Assembly (NCBI GenBank): GCA_964016885.1
Contig: OZ024741.1
Location: forward strand, 81,902,001 to 81,966,000
From: Eledone cirrhosa
Taxonomy: Eukaryota
DNA length: 64,000 nucleotides
Reading direction: 5' to 3'
Numbering within the stretch: position 1 is the first letter of the stretch; each line of letters starts with the position of its first letter. Made by a program: the position numbers and the translations under genes. The notes under the pieces were generated by a model, which saw only the letters and a program-made list of their open reading frames with translations, had not been told where the DNA came from and did not search any database. Of the stretch, positions 12,288 to 26,780 are shown piece after piece.

Positions 12288-15200
12288 ATATATATTATAT
12301 AAATATACATTTATCTCTCTTTATTTATTTATATATTCGTTGAATGTGAATAGGGCCTTGTGCTAATATAATAAATCCTTATCATCGGTGAGAAGGTCAA
12401 CTGAGACGGTTTTACATAAAGAAATGGGAAACAGGTGAAATCTTGAAGAAGAATTTAGTTTAGACTTGGCATGACGAGATGTTTGACATTATCAGAGAAA
12501 TGTTTAAAGACTTAAAGAGCTGCTTTACTAACATTATCAGCTGCAGATATCTATCTTTCTATATATCTATCCTACGTATATATAAAACATTTGCAAATAA
12601 ATACTTGAAGAGAGTGGTAACGGATGATGTGACAAATTATTGTTGAATCCAATGTCCATCTGCCTGGTAATCTGTCGTTATGGCCCGATGTGAAAATTAC
12701 TGTATCACACAGAATGTTGTCACAAATACATGTTGTTTCAAATATTATTGAAAAATACAAGGTTGCATAATTTAATTCCTATAATATATTCATAACAAAT
12801 CGTGTATAATAAAGTGTCATTTACTACACTAGGATTGGGCGGTGGGCCACTGATTTAGGAAGCTAAATATTGCGACATTTCCTTCAGTGGCAACCTAAGT
12901 TCTTTATCCACAAAATCGGATTTCACCGTCGAAAAGTTTATGGGAGTTTACTCCATCTTCACTTCTTTCCTATAGACTATCTGTTTTACTTCTAACGATT
13001 CCGTCAACTCATCGCCTTTTACTTACAATAATATTAGTTTCTAATTCATGAAAAAGTCTAGCAAGCCTTTGTGGTAAGAGGAGGATCGTGGATTAAATAT
13101 ACTATAGTTTATCCTCTCTGGAAGTATGAAATGCAAAGTTGACCTTATTAGGTTTTGAACTCAGAATTAATTGAAACATAAAATGCCTCAGAGAAATATG
13201 TATGATACTCTAATCGATTCCGTTATTTCATAGTCATTTTAGTTACAATTGTAATAAGATAAAAGGCCATCAGTTCAGGAAAGTGAATAACGTTAGCTCA
13301 CAATGGACTAGTACTTTATTCTCTAAATCCTGGGTATATGAAAGGCAAATTATTCTCTAAGAGATTCGAACTTAAAGAAAAGTAACTAAATGCTGCAAAT
13401 CATATAGTCCAACGCTTTACACGATTCCACTAATTCACCGCCCTTTTTATTACACTAATAATAACTGTGGAAAATGCAGTAGCATTATATTATATCATTA
13501 TCATATATTTCTTCACGATGTAACTTTTGCTTTTGTAAAGAATTAATACGTAGAGCTAATATTATTGACCTCACTTCACTGTTCTTTATTTCCTGCAGCT
13601 TTGGCAGTTATTGTTGCTATTTCTATTGTGTTTTTAATTCCATGTTTTGGTAACATTTGCTAGTTTGATGATTCTTTTTACCATTTGTTTTATCATGTAA
13701 TCTTTGTTATCTTTTATGTTCCTTCCTCTTATTTTCCTCTCATATTTTATTTTATATTTCTTTTCATTCATTTATTGTTCTTTATCTTTGTTTTCTTTTA
13801 CTTCTTTTCGTTTCTACCTGCTAATTCTTTCTTCTTTAGACCATCTTTAATTCTTATTCTTATGCTTATTCCACTCTTCATGATTCTACTATCGCCGTCT
13901 TGGCTGTGAATAGCATGACGTGTACTTGAGAACAAACAAAACATTTGTATTTAAGTATTGTCTACAAGCCAGAAAACTGTGGGTAGAAAAAGTTAAACTG
14001 CACAATGAAATATCCTTTTGTAACAATATTAAGGAACCGTTGATAAATTTCTTTAGAAACACACGCAGTTAAGAGCCTATATTTATGCGCTACACTGCTT
14101 TATAAACTGAATGAGCTGAAAAAACTGAGAATAGAAGTAGAATAGAAACAACTACTCCCAAACTGATCAATTTAATCTTTGAATAAAAGAAATGAGCAAA
14201 ACAGCTGCTCTCTGTGGAATTCGACAGAAATTTAAAGATAAAAATATATCAAAATCAATGCAATGATGAACAACGAATGGATTTTCGAAAAAAAAGTCAA
14301 CTGTAATATAATGGATTTTTAACGCTAATTCAAGTTCTGTGATTGGAAAAAAATTGGCAGCGGTCATTAATAAAATTAATCCAATATTTTGCTTGCTATA
14401 TTCGGTTGGAAATCCTTACATTTATATTGTGAATTAAAAGGAATCACAGAGGGATTTTTTTAAATGGTGAGAAATTATTTCACTTTTGAAATTGCACATT
14501 TGCATCCGTCAATCAATAACGTGTTTTCCTATAATATCAGACTAGAAAACGACGTACCAAGAACTGTATGTAACATTGCAAGATAATTATCACTCTTCTA
14601 AGTCCTGGATGATATAATTTCTGTTTCGTTTCTGGTACAATAATACTTAAAGGAATAAATGAAAAGTAATCCACCCTTTGATCAGGCCAAGGAAACTATG
14701 TCTCCATTGATCGTATCTAGGAAACCGTTTCCATCAGTGATACTATAAGTCGGTTGCAAATATTGACAGAAGCGTCACTACTTTTCCTATGAAATTTGAT
14801 GGGATCTGGCTAAAACAACAGAGCAACAACATATATTACAAGTTATCCCATCCGATGCATAGATAATTCCGCTAATGTACTGTCTCATGGATTACTAATT
14901 TTTTTATGGACACCGACATTATGAAAGACAAAGTTGGCTCAACGGGATTTGAACGCAACGTGCACAAATCTTGAACAAACACTAAGGCATTTAATCCCGG
15001 GAACTAACGATTCTGTCTTTTTTTTCACCTATTATGTGTATTTACCCATTGCTCAAACGTATAATTACAAATATTATTATGTTTAATTTATTTTCTGAGG
15101 AGAAAATGCAGCATTCAAAGACCTGGGAAAATAAAGAGTCGGTTTTTATTCCAGACACATGGTTATTAAAGAGTTGTAGAGCAGTCAGGGACAACTTGCG

Positions 15201-15660
15201 GACCGTTTGGCTATCTGAATAGCACGCCTGTTTTCAAAATTATCTTGAAGTTTTTAGTAGTGAGGTACGCCGTATGTTAAACTATATCCTATTCGGCCCA
15301 GTGTTCTTAAATTGTTGTCCATTCCTGCTTTAGAGTGTCTGATTAAAATGACTCGGTATTTATTTCAGGTTTCTGAGATCCGAAATATAATTCCGTCCAA
15401 GTAAACAAGATCCTTGTTGTCAGTAAATAAAGTTCCAGGCTAAAAGTGGTTAAAGCATCGTGTGGGAAGCTTTACGTTATCTATTCCCGTTCTATGCGTT
15501 ATGAAGTCAAATCATGTTCTCTCATCATTGGAAGAAGAGTGGGCTAGAAGATAGTATCTACAATTGGAAATACTAATGAATATATTGTTTCTTGGGTCCA
15601 GTCGAAAGATTGGCTCCTTTCAAAATTCATATTTACCATATAAGATAATATAGAAAGTAA

Positions 15661-15852
15661 ATAATTGTTTCTACTTTAGGCACAAGGCCAGCAATTATCC
15701 CAGTGTATTACTGGTACTTTATTTATCGACCTCGTAAGGATGAAAGCCAAAGTTAACCTCGGCGGGATTTGAACTCAGACCATAAAGGGCCGTAACTCTT
15801 TGCTGCAAAGCATGGCGTCCGACCCTCTACCGATACTGCCAATCCACCGCCT
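15661..15852 (-). mobile_element. SINE family A, well-preserved copy
   Basis: Near-identical to 47247-47440 (reverse complement); 3' end tgctggccttgtgcctaaagtagaaacaattat. Confidence 0.85.
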
Positions 15853-15998
15853 CATAGAAAGTAAATAATACAACTGGAACAGATTGATGTGGTTTGGTTT
15901 CGTGGGTAGGTTTCGTTTGCAGGTGAACGTGGATAACTTGAGTTTGGCTTAGATTTATTTAGGTATGTGCAGTTTGTGTTACACACACACACACACAA

Positions 15999-16032
<34 letters not shown>

Positions 16033-16143
16033 TTCTCTATATATATATATATATATGTATATACAATTATATATATATATACATACATATATATATATAT
16101 ATAACTATACACACACTCACATATATATATATATAGACACACA

Positions 16144-16189
<46 letters not shown>

Positions 16190-16875
16190 AAAATCCATTA
16201 GAAGGTAGGAATCGGATTCTGTAATGAAACTCATTGTTTTACTATAGAACATTAATGCTTTAATTGAAGTTCCTGCACCTTATAATTAAAGCTGAATCAT
16301 GTAATTCATTAGACAGGAATTTAAATGCTACCACTGATATATAATTGCAGAAGAACAATACCTTTGATATGCTAGGTTGGAGGAGACAGATTTAAGGCAA
16401 GATATTGTGTTACAGTCATGTCTTTCTCATCCCATTTTAGTGTTGATAATGTAAGTGAATGATAATCATGAGGTTGATGAGAATTCATGATATTGAAGTT
16501 GTTTCAAATTATAAAGTAGTGAAACAACCACAATGACAGCAACATGACATTGACGTTTAACTAAATGCTGTGGAAATGTCAATTTCTTTTCATGAGTTCT
16601 TTCACTGTCACCTTCTCTTAACATCTTTCCGCTCCTCTTCTTCCTACACTCCAATTTCTCTCTCTCTCTTTCTGCCTTTCTCTTTTACACTGAAGTGTCT
16701 CCTTTATCATCTTACTAAATTGTTGGTTTCAGTCGTTAGACTGCGGCGATATTGGGGTATAGTCATGATTCAATCGATTATATAGACCCCCCTGTATATG
16801 TTTTGCACATTTTAGCGACCTTGTTTACGTCGAACTTTTAAGTTACGAGCCATAAGCGCAGCTACACACATATAT

Positions 16876-16977
<102 letters not shown>

Positions 16978-19519
16978 ACACATACACACATACACACACA
17001 CACACTCACACACACATACATACACACACACATATATATATATACATGACGGGCCTCTTCCATTCAGGGAGCATTGGGCAATTGGAAGTAAGAGTTGAAG
17101 ACACTCACCCAACGGCCAGGTAGTGGGACTGAACTCAGAACCACGTTCATTCAAAGCAAGATTCTTTAACACGCAGCCATGTCTAAACCTAGGCTTGTAA
17201 ACAAGAATCATGAACATGGAAATGGCTATTTTACATATGCTTGTGTATAGTAGTTAATATGCGTAGCTTAGTGTTTAACATGTTGGGCTCACGAGTGAAG
17301 GCCTGTCAGTTCAGTTCCCGGATACTATTGTGGTTTGTGCCCTTGAACAAGACACTTTATTACATGTTGCGTTAGTAATTATTTTTTTTATTTCAATCTA
17401 TATGGTGGAATCTGAGTAACAATTGGCTGATATTTCTGGAAGGATCCAATGCATTTGGAATGTCTTTAATCACAGATCTGCTTGATCAGATCACGGGACA
17501 CATGGATCTAAACAACAACTATTAAATGAAATCAACTAGAGAGTTTACATGTATTCCTTCGACGTGTCAGGCGGTACAACATGACTCTTTAACATTTAGG
17601 ACGCGTGTTACACCGATAAAAGACGATATTTATTTCTCTAACAATTTTGACTTGATATTTTACCTGGCAGACAACGGTGAAGTGGGAGAGCCATGAGAGC
17701 TCCAGATTAAATCTCACGGTATATGTTTCAGTTATTTATGCTCTGTTGTCATATCGACTCCGTTTAATTTTTTTGTTCATAATTTCAGAGCTGATAAAAT
17801 AAGGTACCAACTCAAGGTAGGTAGATTAGTTGGCGGAATTATCAAAATACCGAACGGGAAGCTTTGCATTATCTATTCCTGTTCCGTGTGTTAGGAGTTC
17901 ACATACAGCATCATGCCATTCCCCCCCCCCCCCCAAAAAAAAGCGGTGACGCTTCGCTGATGTCAAGAGTTTCAAACCGACAGATAGTAGCAGCTATGGC
18001 AAAAACAACAAAATCATAGTTCCCTTTCTCTAGCACGTTCAGCATACAGCGTTGTCCTGAATTACTCGTCTCCTATTATTAATAAATGTATGTGTTGGTG
18101 TATGAGGAGAAGCGATGAGGGGAAAAAGAGATAATTTGGAGAATTGAAACATTTTGTTATTTTGGAAAAGTAAGGAAGGAGATGAAGCTCGTGTGGTGGT
18201 CTAGTTGGTTCGTAATAATCTTTTACAAATTAATCTAAATTACAACTAATCTAAAATGAAAATATTTCACATAACTTGTCATCTTTATAAGATACATTAT
18301 TTATTGAGTAGAGAGAAAAATAAAAAAAATGAATGAGAAAATCTTTCTTCACACATAACGGAAACTCACACATACAAAAAATAATGACAATAATAATAAT
18401 AATAATAAAATCAATGATACAAGGGAAAAAATTGGAAAATAATAAATAAACAGAAAATACGAAAGCTAAATGAAAGTATTAAAAATTATAGAAAATGCAC
18501 TTAAAATTGGGGAAAAAAATTAACTTGTCACTGGAAATTAGTTTTAGCGAATTTCTATTTTTTTTTCAAAAAGCGTTTTTGATATATATATTTTCGATAA
18601 TTTTAATTATTTATATATTTATTTACAATTTAATTTTAATTTATTTATTGCTTTTACTTTGTGTTCTGTTTATAGTGCTAAATGTTGGTAGCAGTAATAA
18701 TTTGTTCGGTCTAATCATTGTTGTTGTAATTGATTTGTCCCCCTGATCAACTCTGCTAGAGTCACGTTCCATCGTGATCATATTTTATGTGCTTTCTCAA
18801 AAACACAATCGCTGGAGCTACATTTTTCCGAGGGTCTGTTATTTGGTAAGATGGCTGTTGGGTAGTAGGAAAATTATCATGTTACTTTTAGCACAGTGGG
18901 AACACCATGAGATTCTCATTTACTAAGGTGAAAGAATAAAAACCATTGTAGTCTATTTTATTCCCGGTGTTTCTGAGACTCTTCGTTATGTAACAAATGC
19001 TTGCAATGTACGACGGTCTAACAAAATTGCCATTAAATCTCCATTAGTTATGCACAGGGCCATCAATTTGAAGTCAGGTAGACGTCGATTAAATCTATCT
19101 CTGTACATGACTGATATGTTTATTTATCTATCGCTTCTGGAAGCACGAAAAGCAAAATTCATGTCCCTGTGACTAAAGGCACATAAGCACCAAGTGCTGG
19201 TGTTAAACAGTGTAACGGATTCAGTTAAACATACAAGTTGACGGTGACAGATTTTGAATCAGAGTATAAAGGGCCAGATCAAATACTACATAACATGTAA
19301 TCACTTTGAATAACGATTCCCGGAGTCCACCGCCTAGGATTGGTATGTAATTTGTCAATCCATGAAAGACGAAATCTGAAGTCGACTTCAAGAGAATTCG
19401 AAATCTGAAGGAGGCAGCATAAATAAATACCACAGGACATTGTGTCCGACGCTGTTACGATTCTGCCAATAATCATAAGATAAGAATTCTATATCAATGG
19501 ACCTATGTAAATTTCGACA

Positions 19520-19815
19520 ACGTGAGCTCCAATTGTTCGATCAACGAAACAGCCTGCTCCTGAAATTAAGATAAATATGGCTGAGCATTCAAGAGATACG
19601 TGTAACCTTATGACGTAATACTCAAGGTGATTCAGCGTGACAAATTATGTGAGAAATATGTCCCTTTGAATAATAAGCACGATGGGCTTCCAAATATCTT
19701 CCCTGTACCCAATTCCCTCAGAACACTTGAGTCGATTCTAGGCTATAGTAAATAACACTTGACGAATATTCCACGTTGTGAGATTGAACCCCGGATCGCA
19801 TGACTGCGTAATAGA
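19520..19815 (-). mobile_element. Diverged tRNA-derived SINE (family B-like 3' region)
   Basis: Head with ggttcaatc B-box-like motif near 19785; 3' region gagcaggctgtttcgttgatcg resembles 7660-7680. Confidence 0.5.
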
Positions 19816-21089
19816 ATTTCTTAATGATACGGCCAATTCAAGTAGACTGATTTTTGATACTGTTATTCGTTCATATGTTATTAGGATTAAGGGAATTACT
19901 TTCAGCTTCATTTTATATTTGGTTTTTCTTTTGTCGTCTCTATATCTCGATCATATCTTATGACAGCATTATAAATTGGGGTAGTATATTTATGTACGGC
20001 AAGCTGAACGCTCAATATCTTAAATAATTCACTGTTTATATTACCTGGTCACATTTCATCTTAGATAAACAGGAATAGGTATCCGACCCTCTGGAAGAAA
20101 TTTAGCATGGTGTAAATAGATACCTTATCCTACAGACGATCTAGCAGTTATTCAATTCACACCAAACAAATGGAGCTAAGTAAACGTGTGTAAAAACGAT
20201 TGCTAAAATCTTATGTAACTTATTTATATTGGCATATTTTCATTTTGGCTAATGTTCAGGTTGGCACATCAACTTAGAGCTTATTTTAATCTCAGCTATT
20301 CTACATCCTTTCTTTATCTTAATCTCATCTTTATGTGGGGCGGCAAATTGGGAGAGTTAGAAGAAAGCCGTTTAGGCTACTTAGCGGTATTCGTCCCGGT
20401 CTGAGTTCAAATTTCATCGTGGTCAACTACACTTTTCTTCGTTTTTATGTCGATACATAAAGTAGTAGTATTCCTGTAATGGCGGCGATTCTTCCTTTAT
20501 ATCTCACCTCTGTACAATCTATATGTCCACTTATATCTGTCAGAGGATCTTTTGGCTCGGTACTACAAAAACTGAGTAGGTATCGTGAGGAAATAGACCT
20601 AAAAACACATTGCTCTCCAACAAAGGACTGCACTGATGGGCAATGCACATTTACTATAAAACGTGCTGTCAATCTAAGGTCTTAGCCGCGTGTCGACAGA
20701 GAGTAGTCGATATAGCAACCATGATAAATACTGTAGAAATTATGAATAATAATAATAAAATAATAATAATAATAAAATAATAATAATAATAATAATAATA
20801 ATGATTTCTTTATTGGCCACAACGGCTGACATCAAGAAAAACATCACAGACGGAACAGGACGGTACGATGTGGGTTTTGTGCGTGTAAATATTATTATTA
20901 TTTATATAAGAAAAGACAAAAGACATAAAACATATATATATATATAAACAATAAAATGAAAATTGAAACAATGAAAAATTCCCCAATAGGGGGGAAACCT
21001 CCGAGGGTTACTCGTAGCGAAAACCACACAAAAGACCACGGCCACTCTGACTACCAGGGCAAGCGCCCTCTCAATTTTTCCATCTCTCA

Positions 21090-24000
21090 AACTACAGACG
21101 TATATTCGGACCATTCTCGCTACATTCACCCACCTTTCAACAAACTTGCTAGAAAGCAGCACTTGCCTCTCCACCCTGATTTTCCTCTTCAAATGAAACT
21201 TGAAAAAGTTAATCAGGGATTCTCCGAAGAGGAAAGTGTTTGTCTTTAGTCCTTTTAACCTTGTCCACCACATAATCTCTTTCGCCATGGCCACCAGACA
21301 GATGAAAACCGCCTGCCCTTCCTCCTCAAAGGAAGACGGCGAGACCATCTGCACAATGGACTCAGTCAACAACCGGATCAATCCCACACGTGACAGCAAC
21401 TGTTCGAGATAGCTCCACAAGTCAGCAATGCTCGGGCACTGAACGAGTGCGTGCACAACGGTTTCGTCGCTATGCGCGCATCTCGGACAGGCTCGGCTGA
21501 CGGCACTTCCGTGCCTGTAGAGCTTATCTGGAACCGGCAGCGCTCCCTGGTAGCACTGCCAGGCCAGGGATTTTTGGAAGTTATCCATAGGCCTCGGGTT
21601 GAAAGTTCTCCGGAAGAGAGCAAGCAGCTGATCTTCTTCGACGCCCAGGATCTCTCCGAGAACGTCGTCGCTCTTCCCCTCCACTAGTCCTCTATAGAAC
21701 GCCGAGGTGGATGTTCCACCGATACTGGTGCCCAACTGGGAGAGGGCAGTGAGCGCCTGGAGACATTCCAGTTTCCAAGCGCTATCCCTCGGTCTTTTTC
21801 TGACCCAGGACTGCAGCTCCGTCAAGGAGACGAGCTGTGGGAAAATGTGCCTGGCGAACGGCGACCACACCCGTTCACCATCAAGGAAGCACCATAGATG
21901 TCACAGCTTCAGCGCATGTTTGCGCATCATCAGCCAAGGCATGCCCAGTCCTCCACGCAACGGGTGTTGACAGCAGATGGATCGTCTGACCATGGGAGCG
22001 CGTCCCTTCCACAACAAGCGGAAGAGGAGGCGCTCCATTTTGGTGAGAGTTGGGCTGGAGCAAGGGACGACGGTGAAGCGGTAGCAGATGACGGATGCGA
22101 TGTACGCATTCGCCACTTCCGCCCGGCCTTTCAGGGACAGCTTCCTCTCAGCCCATTTCTGGGTGAGGGAGGCCACCCTGCTCGTCACCTCGTTCCAGTT
22201 TTTCTCCATCTGGAGGTCCGGTCCGAACCAGACCCCGAGCAATTTAACCGGTCCGTCCGTCCAACGCTCCACGACGCTGTCGGACGGCATGGACTTGTCT
22301 CTCCAGGTGCCTAGCTGCAAGCCCACCGACTTTTCCTGGTTTATCTTTGCTCCTGTCACCGTTTCGTATTCCTTGAGAGCGGTGCCGAGAATCTGGACGT
22401 GTCTGGTGCTCGACACCATCACGGTGACGTCGTCCGCGTAAGCCGACTCGGATTTCCCGCATCCTAGTTCGCGTGGGACGCCCCTCATCGCCCCCATTTG
22501 TGCAGTAACGGCTCGACAGCCAATACGTACAAGAGGGACGAGAGGGGACAACCCTGGCGGACTGAGCGCATGATGCTGAACGGTTGCGACAGGTGACCGT
22601 TCACCCTCACAACTGAGCAGATGTCGCTGTACATTGCAGCGATCCAACGCCTGAAAACGGGCCCGAAACCGGCTGCCTCGAGGACCGCCGCCAGGTTCCG
22701 ATGGTCGACCTTATCGAATGCTTTGTATTGATCCAAGTTTATCAGGGCCCCACCTTTGCCAGATTTCTTAACCACCCTCTCTATGATGTATCGCATGAGG
22801 TGGAGGTTGTCGTGTATGGATCTGTCCGGGATGGCGCATGTCTGCACCTCTCCCACCAGACCCTTGACGACAGGCGCCAACCTCGTTGCTAACACCTTGG
22901 CCAAAATCTTGAACTCTGCGTTTAGCAGAGTTATGGGCCTGAAATTATCAATAACATCCCCCTTGTTCGGGTCTTTTCTCAGCAGCGCCACTGCTCCCCG
23001 GCTCACAAAACTGGGAATGCTCCCGTTCTGCTGCCAGTTGCAGTAGACGTCTGCCAAGAGGTCACCGAACAAGTCTGGCATAAATGCATAAAGCTCGTAG
23101 GGCAGACCATCTAAACCTGGCGATTTACCTCTTGTGCAGTTCGCCATCGCTTCCCGTATTTCACAGGCTGTTATTGGCTTTTTGCAACACTGTGCTGCGG
23201 TCGTCGAGAGCCGAGGCAGTTCGTCGAGGTATGCACTGAAGTCCATGTCCCGATCCGGGCCGCCGCCGCTCCCGAACAGTTCAGCAAAGTGCTGCTGAAA
23301 AGCTTCACACACCCGCTCGGGTTCGCGCATCACGCACTCGTTTTGGTCAGACAAAGACCGAATTGTTGCTTTATTGCCATGTCGCGTCTCTGCCACCCGG
23401 GCCCATTGGATGGCTTTTGTCCCCTCGTGTTTCAGAGCACGCGCTCTACCCCTGACAACGCAGCCTTCGTGTTTTGCGTTGAAGAATTGGTCGAGTGCAA
23501 TCTCGCCGCAAGCACGTCGGTTGCGATGCCTGTCCTAAACGCCTCTTCTAGCTTTCTGAATAGCTCTCCCTCTACTCTATTTTCCTCTATCACTCCTCCT
23601 TTGCTAAACCTAATCGACTCTACTTTAATTGCCCTTTTCAGGGCGAACCACCACCTGTTGTTGACGACCGCTCCCGTCAACGCCCGCTTAACTAATACGC
23701 TAATCCGGTCTCTGTAGGCCTTGCGTGCCGGGAAAGACGCGTTCAGCTCCCAGTAACCAGGCCCTTGTCTATGAAGTCTGTCTATGTCTATCTCACAGAT
23801 CACAAATTTGTGGTCTGTGTAGTCGACTATTTTAAATTGTGGACAACTTATACTAGCCTTATCTAGTTCCCTGCAGAATACCCTATCTAGATACGATCTG
23901 GATGACCCGATGCGGTTTGTCCATGTCCACATTGGCACATTCGGGTGATCCAGTCGATACTTGTCAGACAGTTCAAAATGTCTGAGCAGGTTGGTGAGGC

Positions 24001-24488
24001 TCTTGCACCCTCCTCCCCTATCCACTAGCCCCACACGATCCCAGCGTGCATCCAAGATACCGTTCCAGTCGCCCACTAACACTAAAGAGCGGGACGTTCC
24101 AAGAAAGGTATCTAGACGTCTGAAGAAATCTGGCCGTCCGGCCCCTGTTGGGGCGTAGACGGCAACTAGCCTGAAAGCATTGCCTTCGCTGCCGGTCATG
24201 TCCAGCACCACCGACTTACCTTCTGGGTCCAGGAAGATGGCCCGTATCGCGAGATCCAAACCTCTCCGAAAAAGGAAGGCAACCTCCCCCCGATCCTGGA
24301 CGGCTGGGAGATGCGTATACATCGTAGCCGCCGAAGATCGGTGCGAAGGCCCGTGCCTCGGAGATTCTGGTTTCACTGATGGTCACCACATCTATGTTTA
24401 GTGACCTGAGGTCATTGAGCAGGTGACCCTGCTTCCAAGATGACCCAAGGCCACGTGCATTTATACTGCCTATTCTGAGTACAGCCAT
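21090..24488 (-). pseudogene. Tx1 copy 1 ORF2 (APE endonuclease, reverse transcriptase, C-terminal Zn finger), frameshifted
   Basis: SINARGL, TISET, VYAP, GDWNG, YLDRVF, TDHK (APE); KSPGLDGLP, FRPITLLN, KAFDKV, RQGCPLS, AYADD (RT); CPRC...ETVVHALVQC. Confidence 0.92.
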
Positions 24489-24520
24489 GTTGGATGAGAA
24501 ACGGGGCAAATGAGAAAGGG

Positions 24521-26551
24521 TCACTTACCTTGTTCGTGTGGTGAAGGGACAGTAGAGCCGTCAATTTCGCTGGTCATGGGTGTTTCCAAGAGGATGTCAG
24601 TGTATATCCTCTTGGTAACCGTCCCTCTGAAGTCTCCAACTGCGTTGGGGAATTTTTGTTTTAAAGGTTTGTATTGTTCTATTGAGATTTCAATGATGCT
24701 TATGTTTGTCGGGAGAGTTCTTGGTGTTGGTGGGTTGTAGTAGTTTTTTTCCGTGATTTCTGTGTGCTGCTTTATATATTTTATGAGTTCTTTTTTTGCT
24801 ATGTTTATGGCTGTGTACTTTTTGGGGGGAGGGGTGATTTTGTTGCCGTTTTCTTCTTGTTGCTGTTTGGTGTGTGTGTCTTGTTGTGTTTGCGTTGTTG
24901 GTGTTTGTGGTGGTGTTGCTGCCTTTACCCCTCTTTGTGTGCCTTCGCTTTTGGAGGGTGAATCTAAGGGTTTTTTGTTTTTTGTTTTTTGTGGCAGACT
25001 GTTTGCCACGTCACTCCCGCCTCAAACACCATGTCGGATTCTGTGGCGTCTGGGAGGGGTATGTGCTCCACAGCTGTTGGTGGTGGTAGTGGAGCCCTCT
25101 TCGGCAATGTTGCTGCTGGTCTAGCTATTTCAAATGTAGCTATTGGTGTTGCCGCTACTGATGATGCTGCTTTAGTTATCTGTGGCCTTGGTACCGGAGC
25201 TACGGACGTTGCCCTCCTACTCACCGTGGAAGGGGCTTCTTCGCTTGTTGCCTGTCCTGCTCTTGGTAGCAGCGGACCAGGCATTGGAAGGAGAGGGCCC
25301 TCTTCGGTGTCTTCTGCGGGCAAAAGGCCCTGAGGTGACCTTTCGACCCACAGAGATAACATTTTGGCCGCCTTCCTTTTGCACTTACACTTATAGGGAG
25401 TTGGAGTCCTTCCTCAAAGTCTATGATATCGAGGATAGCCTCGATACATTCCTGGTCTGTTTGTATAATCATTTGCATGCATATACCTGAGCAGTTCTCT
25501 CTCCCTAATTGTTCTACTTGCAGCATGGTCGCCCTGTTCTCAATTCCAGCAAGGACAGACGCGGCCAGCCAAGGTATGGGCACGCCGGGTGGGACCTGGG
25601 TCACTTTGACTCTCACAATTTCTGCCCGCAGTAGGAGGGCACCAAGACTAACTCCTTACTCTTTAGGGTTTCCAAAGAGTGAGACTTGGCTTCCTGGGGG
25701 GTGGCGAAAAGTACGTCTACTGTGGTGTACTTTCTGCCTCGGGTGATGTGGGTTTTGCGTGCCCAGACGCACCCCAAGGCCTTTTAGATTTGAGCCTCCG
25801 TGGATCTCTCCACTCAATGTGAGATTTTGCTTACGGTGCGGTAAGTCACCGTTCGTAGTTGCTGGTCCTTGAAAAAATCGGGTGGAGGTTTCAGGGAAAC
25901 TCTAGTTGCGATTCTTGTCACCATGGCCCTTGCGACTGCCATCTCCTCCTCTGTGAGTAACACTGTCTCCATATTTCGGGCGACACCTGCAAAAGAAGTG
26001 GTCCCTTTTTCAGCAGTACCACTATTGCTGCCGCTACTGGTCTTACTGGTGGTGCTGAGGTCGCTATTACATGTATCGGTGTCATTGTTGTTCTTTTCGC
26101 TGGTACAGTTGTTGGTGTTGTTTTCGTTGATACTGTTGCTGCTGTTACTGTTATTGTGGCTGTTGTTATTATTGTTGTTTTTGTTGATACTGTTCCTACT
26201 ATTATTGTTGTTGTGGCTGTTGTTATTGTCATTGTTATTGTCGTTCTCGACCTTACCGCTGTTATTTTTGTTATTGTCGTTCTCGACCTTACCGCTGTTA
26301 TTTTTGTTATTGTCGTTCTCGACTTTACCGCTGTTATTTTTGGTGATGTTGTTGGTGTTATTGTTGGTGTTGTTTGTGTTAGAAATATTTGTTAATTTTA
26401 AATCTGTAACAATCTTTTTTTCGTTTGTAATATTTTCGTTTATAATTACCTCCGCTGGAACGCTGTCATTTTGACATGCTGATAAAGTCTCCCTCTCTCT
26501 GTGTTGTTTGACAGCGCTCTCTCTCTTTTTTTGTATTATCCATGTTGACAT
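24521..26551 (-). pseudogene. Tx1 copy 1 ORF1 (Asn-rich N-terminus, conserved core, CCHC knuckle), broken by stops and frameshifts
   Basis: ORF pieces 25814-26551, 25221-25616, 24964-25362 and 24521-25009; SFAGVA motif and knuckle CYLCGSKGHLRAFC. Confidence 0.85.
26234..26341. repeat. 36-nt tandem repeat x3 within ORF1 (KNNSGKVENDNN)
   Basis: Unit gttattgtcgttctcgaccttaccgctgttattttt. Confidence 0.9.
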
Positions 26552-26780
26552 TTTTCAAAAAATATTTTTACACAAATACGAATACGACACCCCGTAAAGG
26601 GGTGCCGTATTCTTTACTAGTGAACCCCTGTATTAGGTGGGTCACTTCTTCTAAATTTTATCAAATTTAAAACTTGAATAAAAGGTTTAGAACGGTTGAA
26701 AAAGATGTAAAACGTTGAAAAGGACTGGAGGCGATAAGAAGCGTGGCTTCACCAACCAATAATAATAATAATAATAATAA

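Larger units (their letters stand above)
20803..26757 (-). mobile_element. Tx1/L1-clade LINE, copy 1 (near full length, disrupted)
   Basis: About 206-nt 5'UTR, ORF1, ORF2 (APE+RT+Zn), and 3'UTR ending AATAAAgaaatc-(ATT)n. Flanked by (AAT)n at 20746-20802 and 26758-26780. Confidence 0.95.

Noticed and set aside
26234-26341. 36-nt repeats that superficially suggest CRISPR
   Set aside because: No spacers; in-frame tandem repeat inside ORF1; eukaryotic context.
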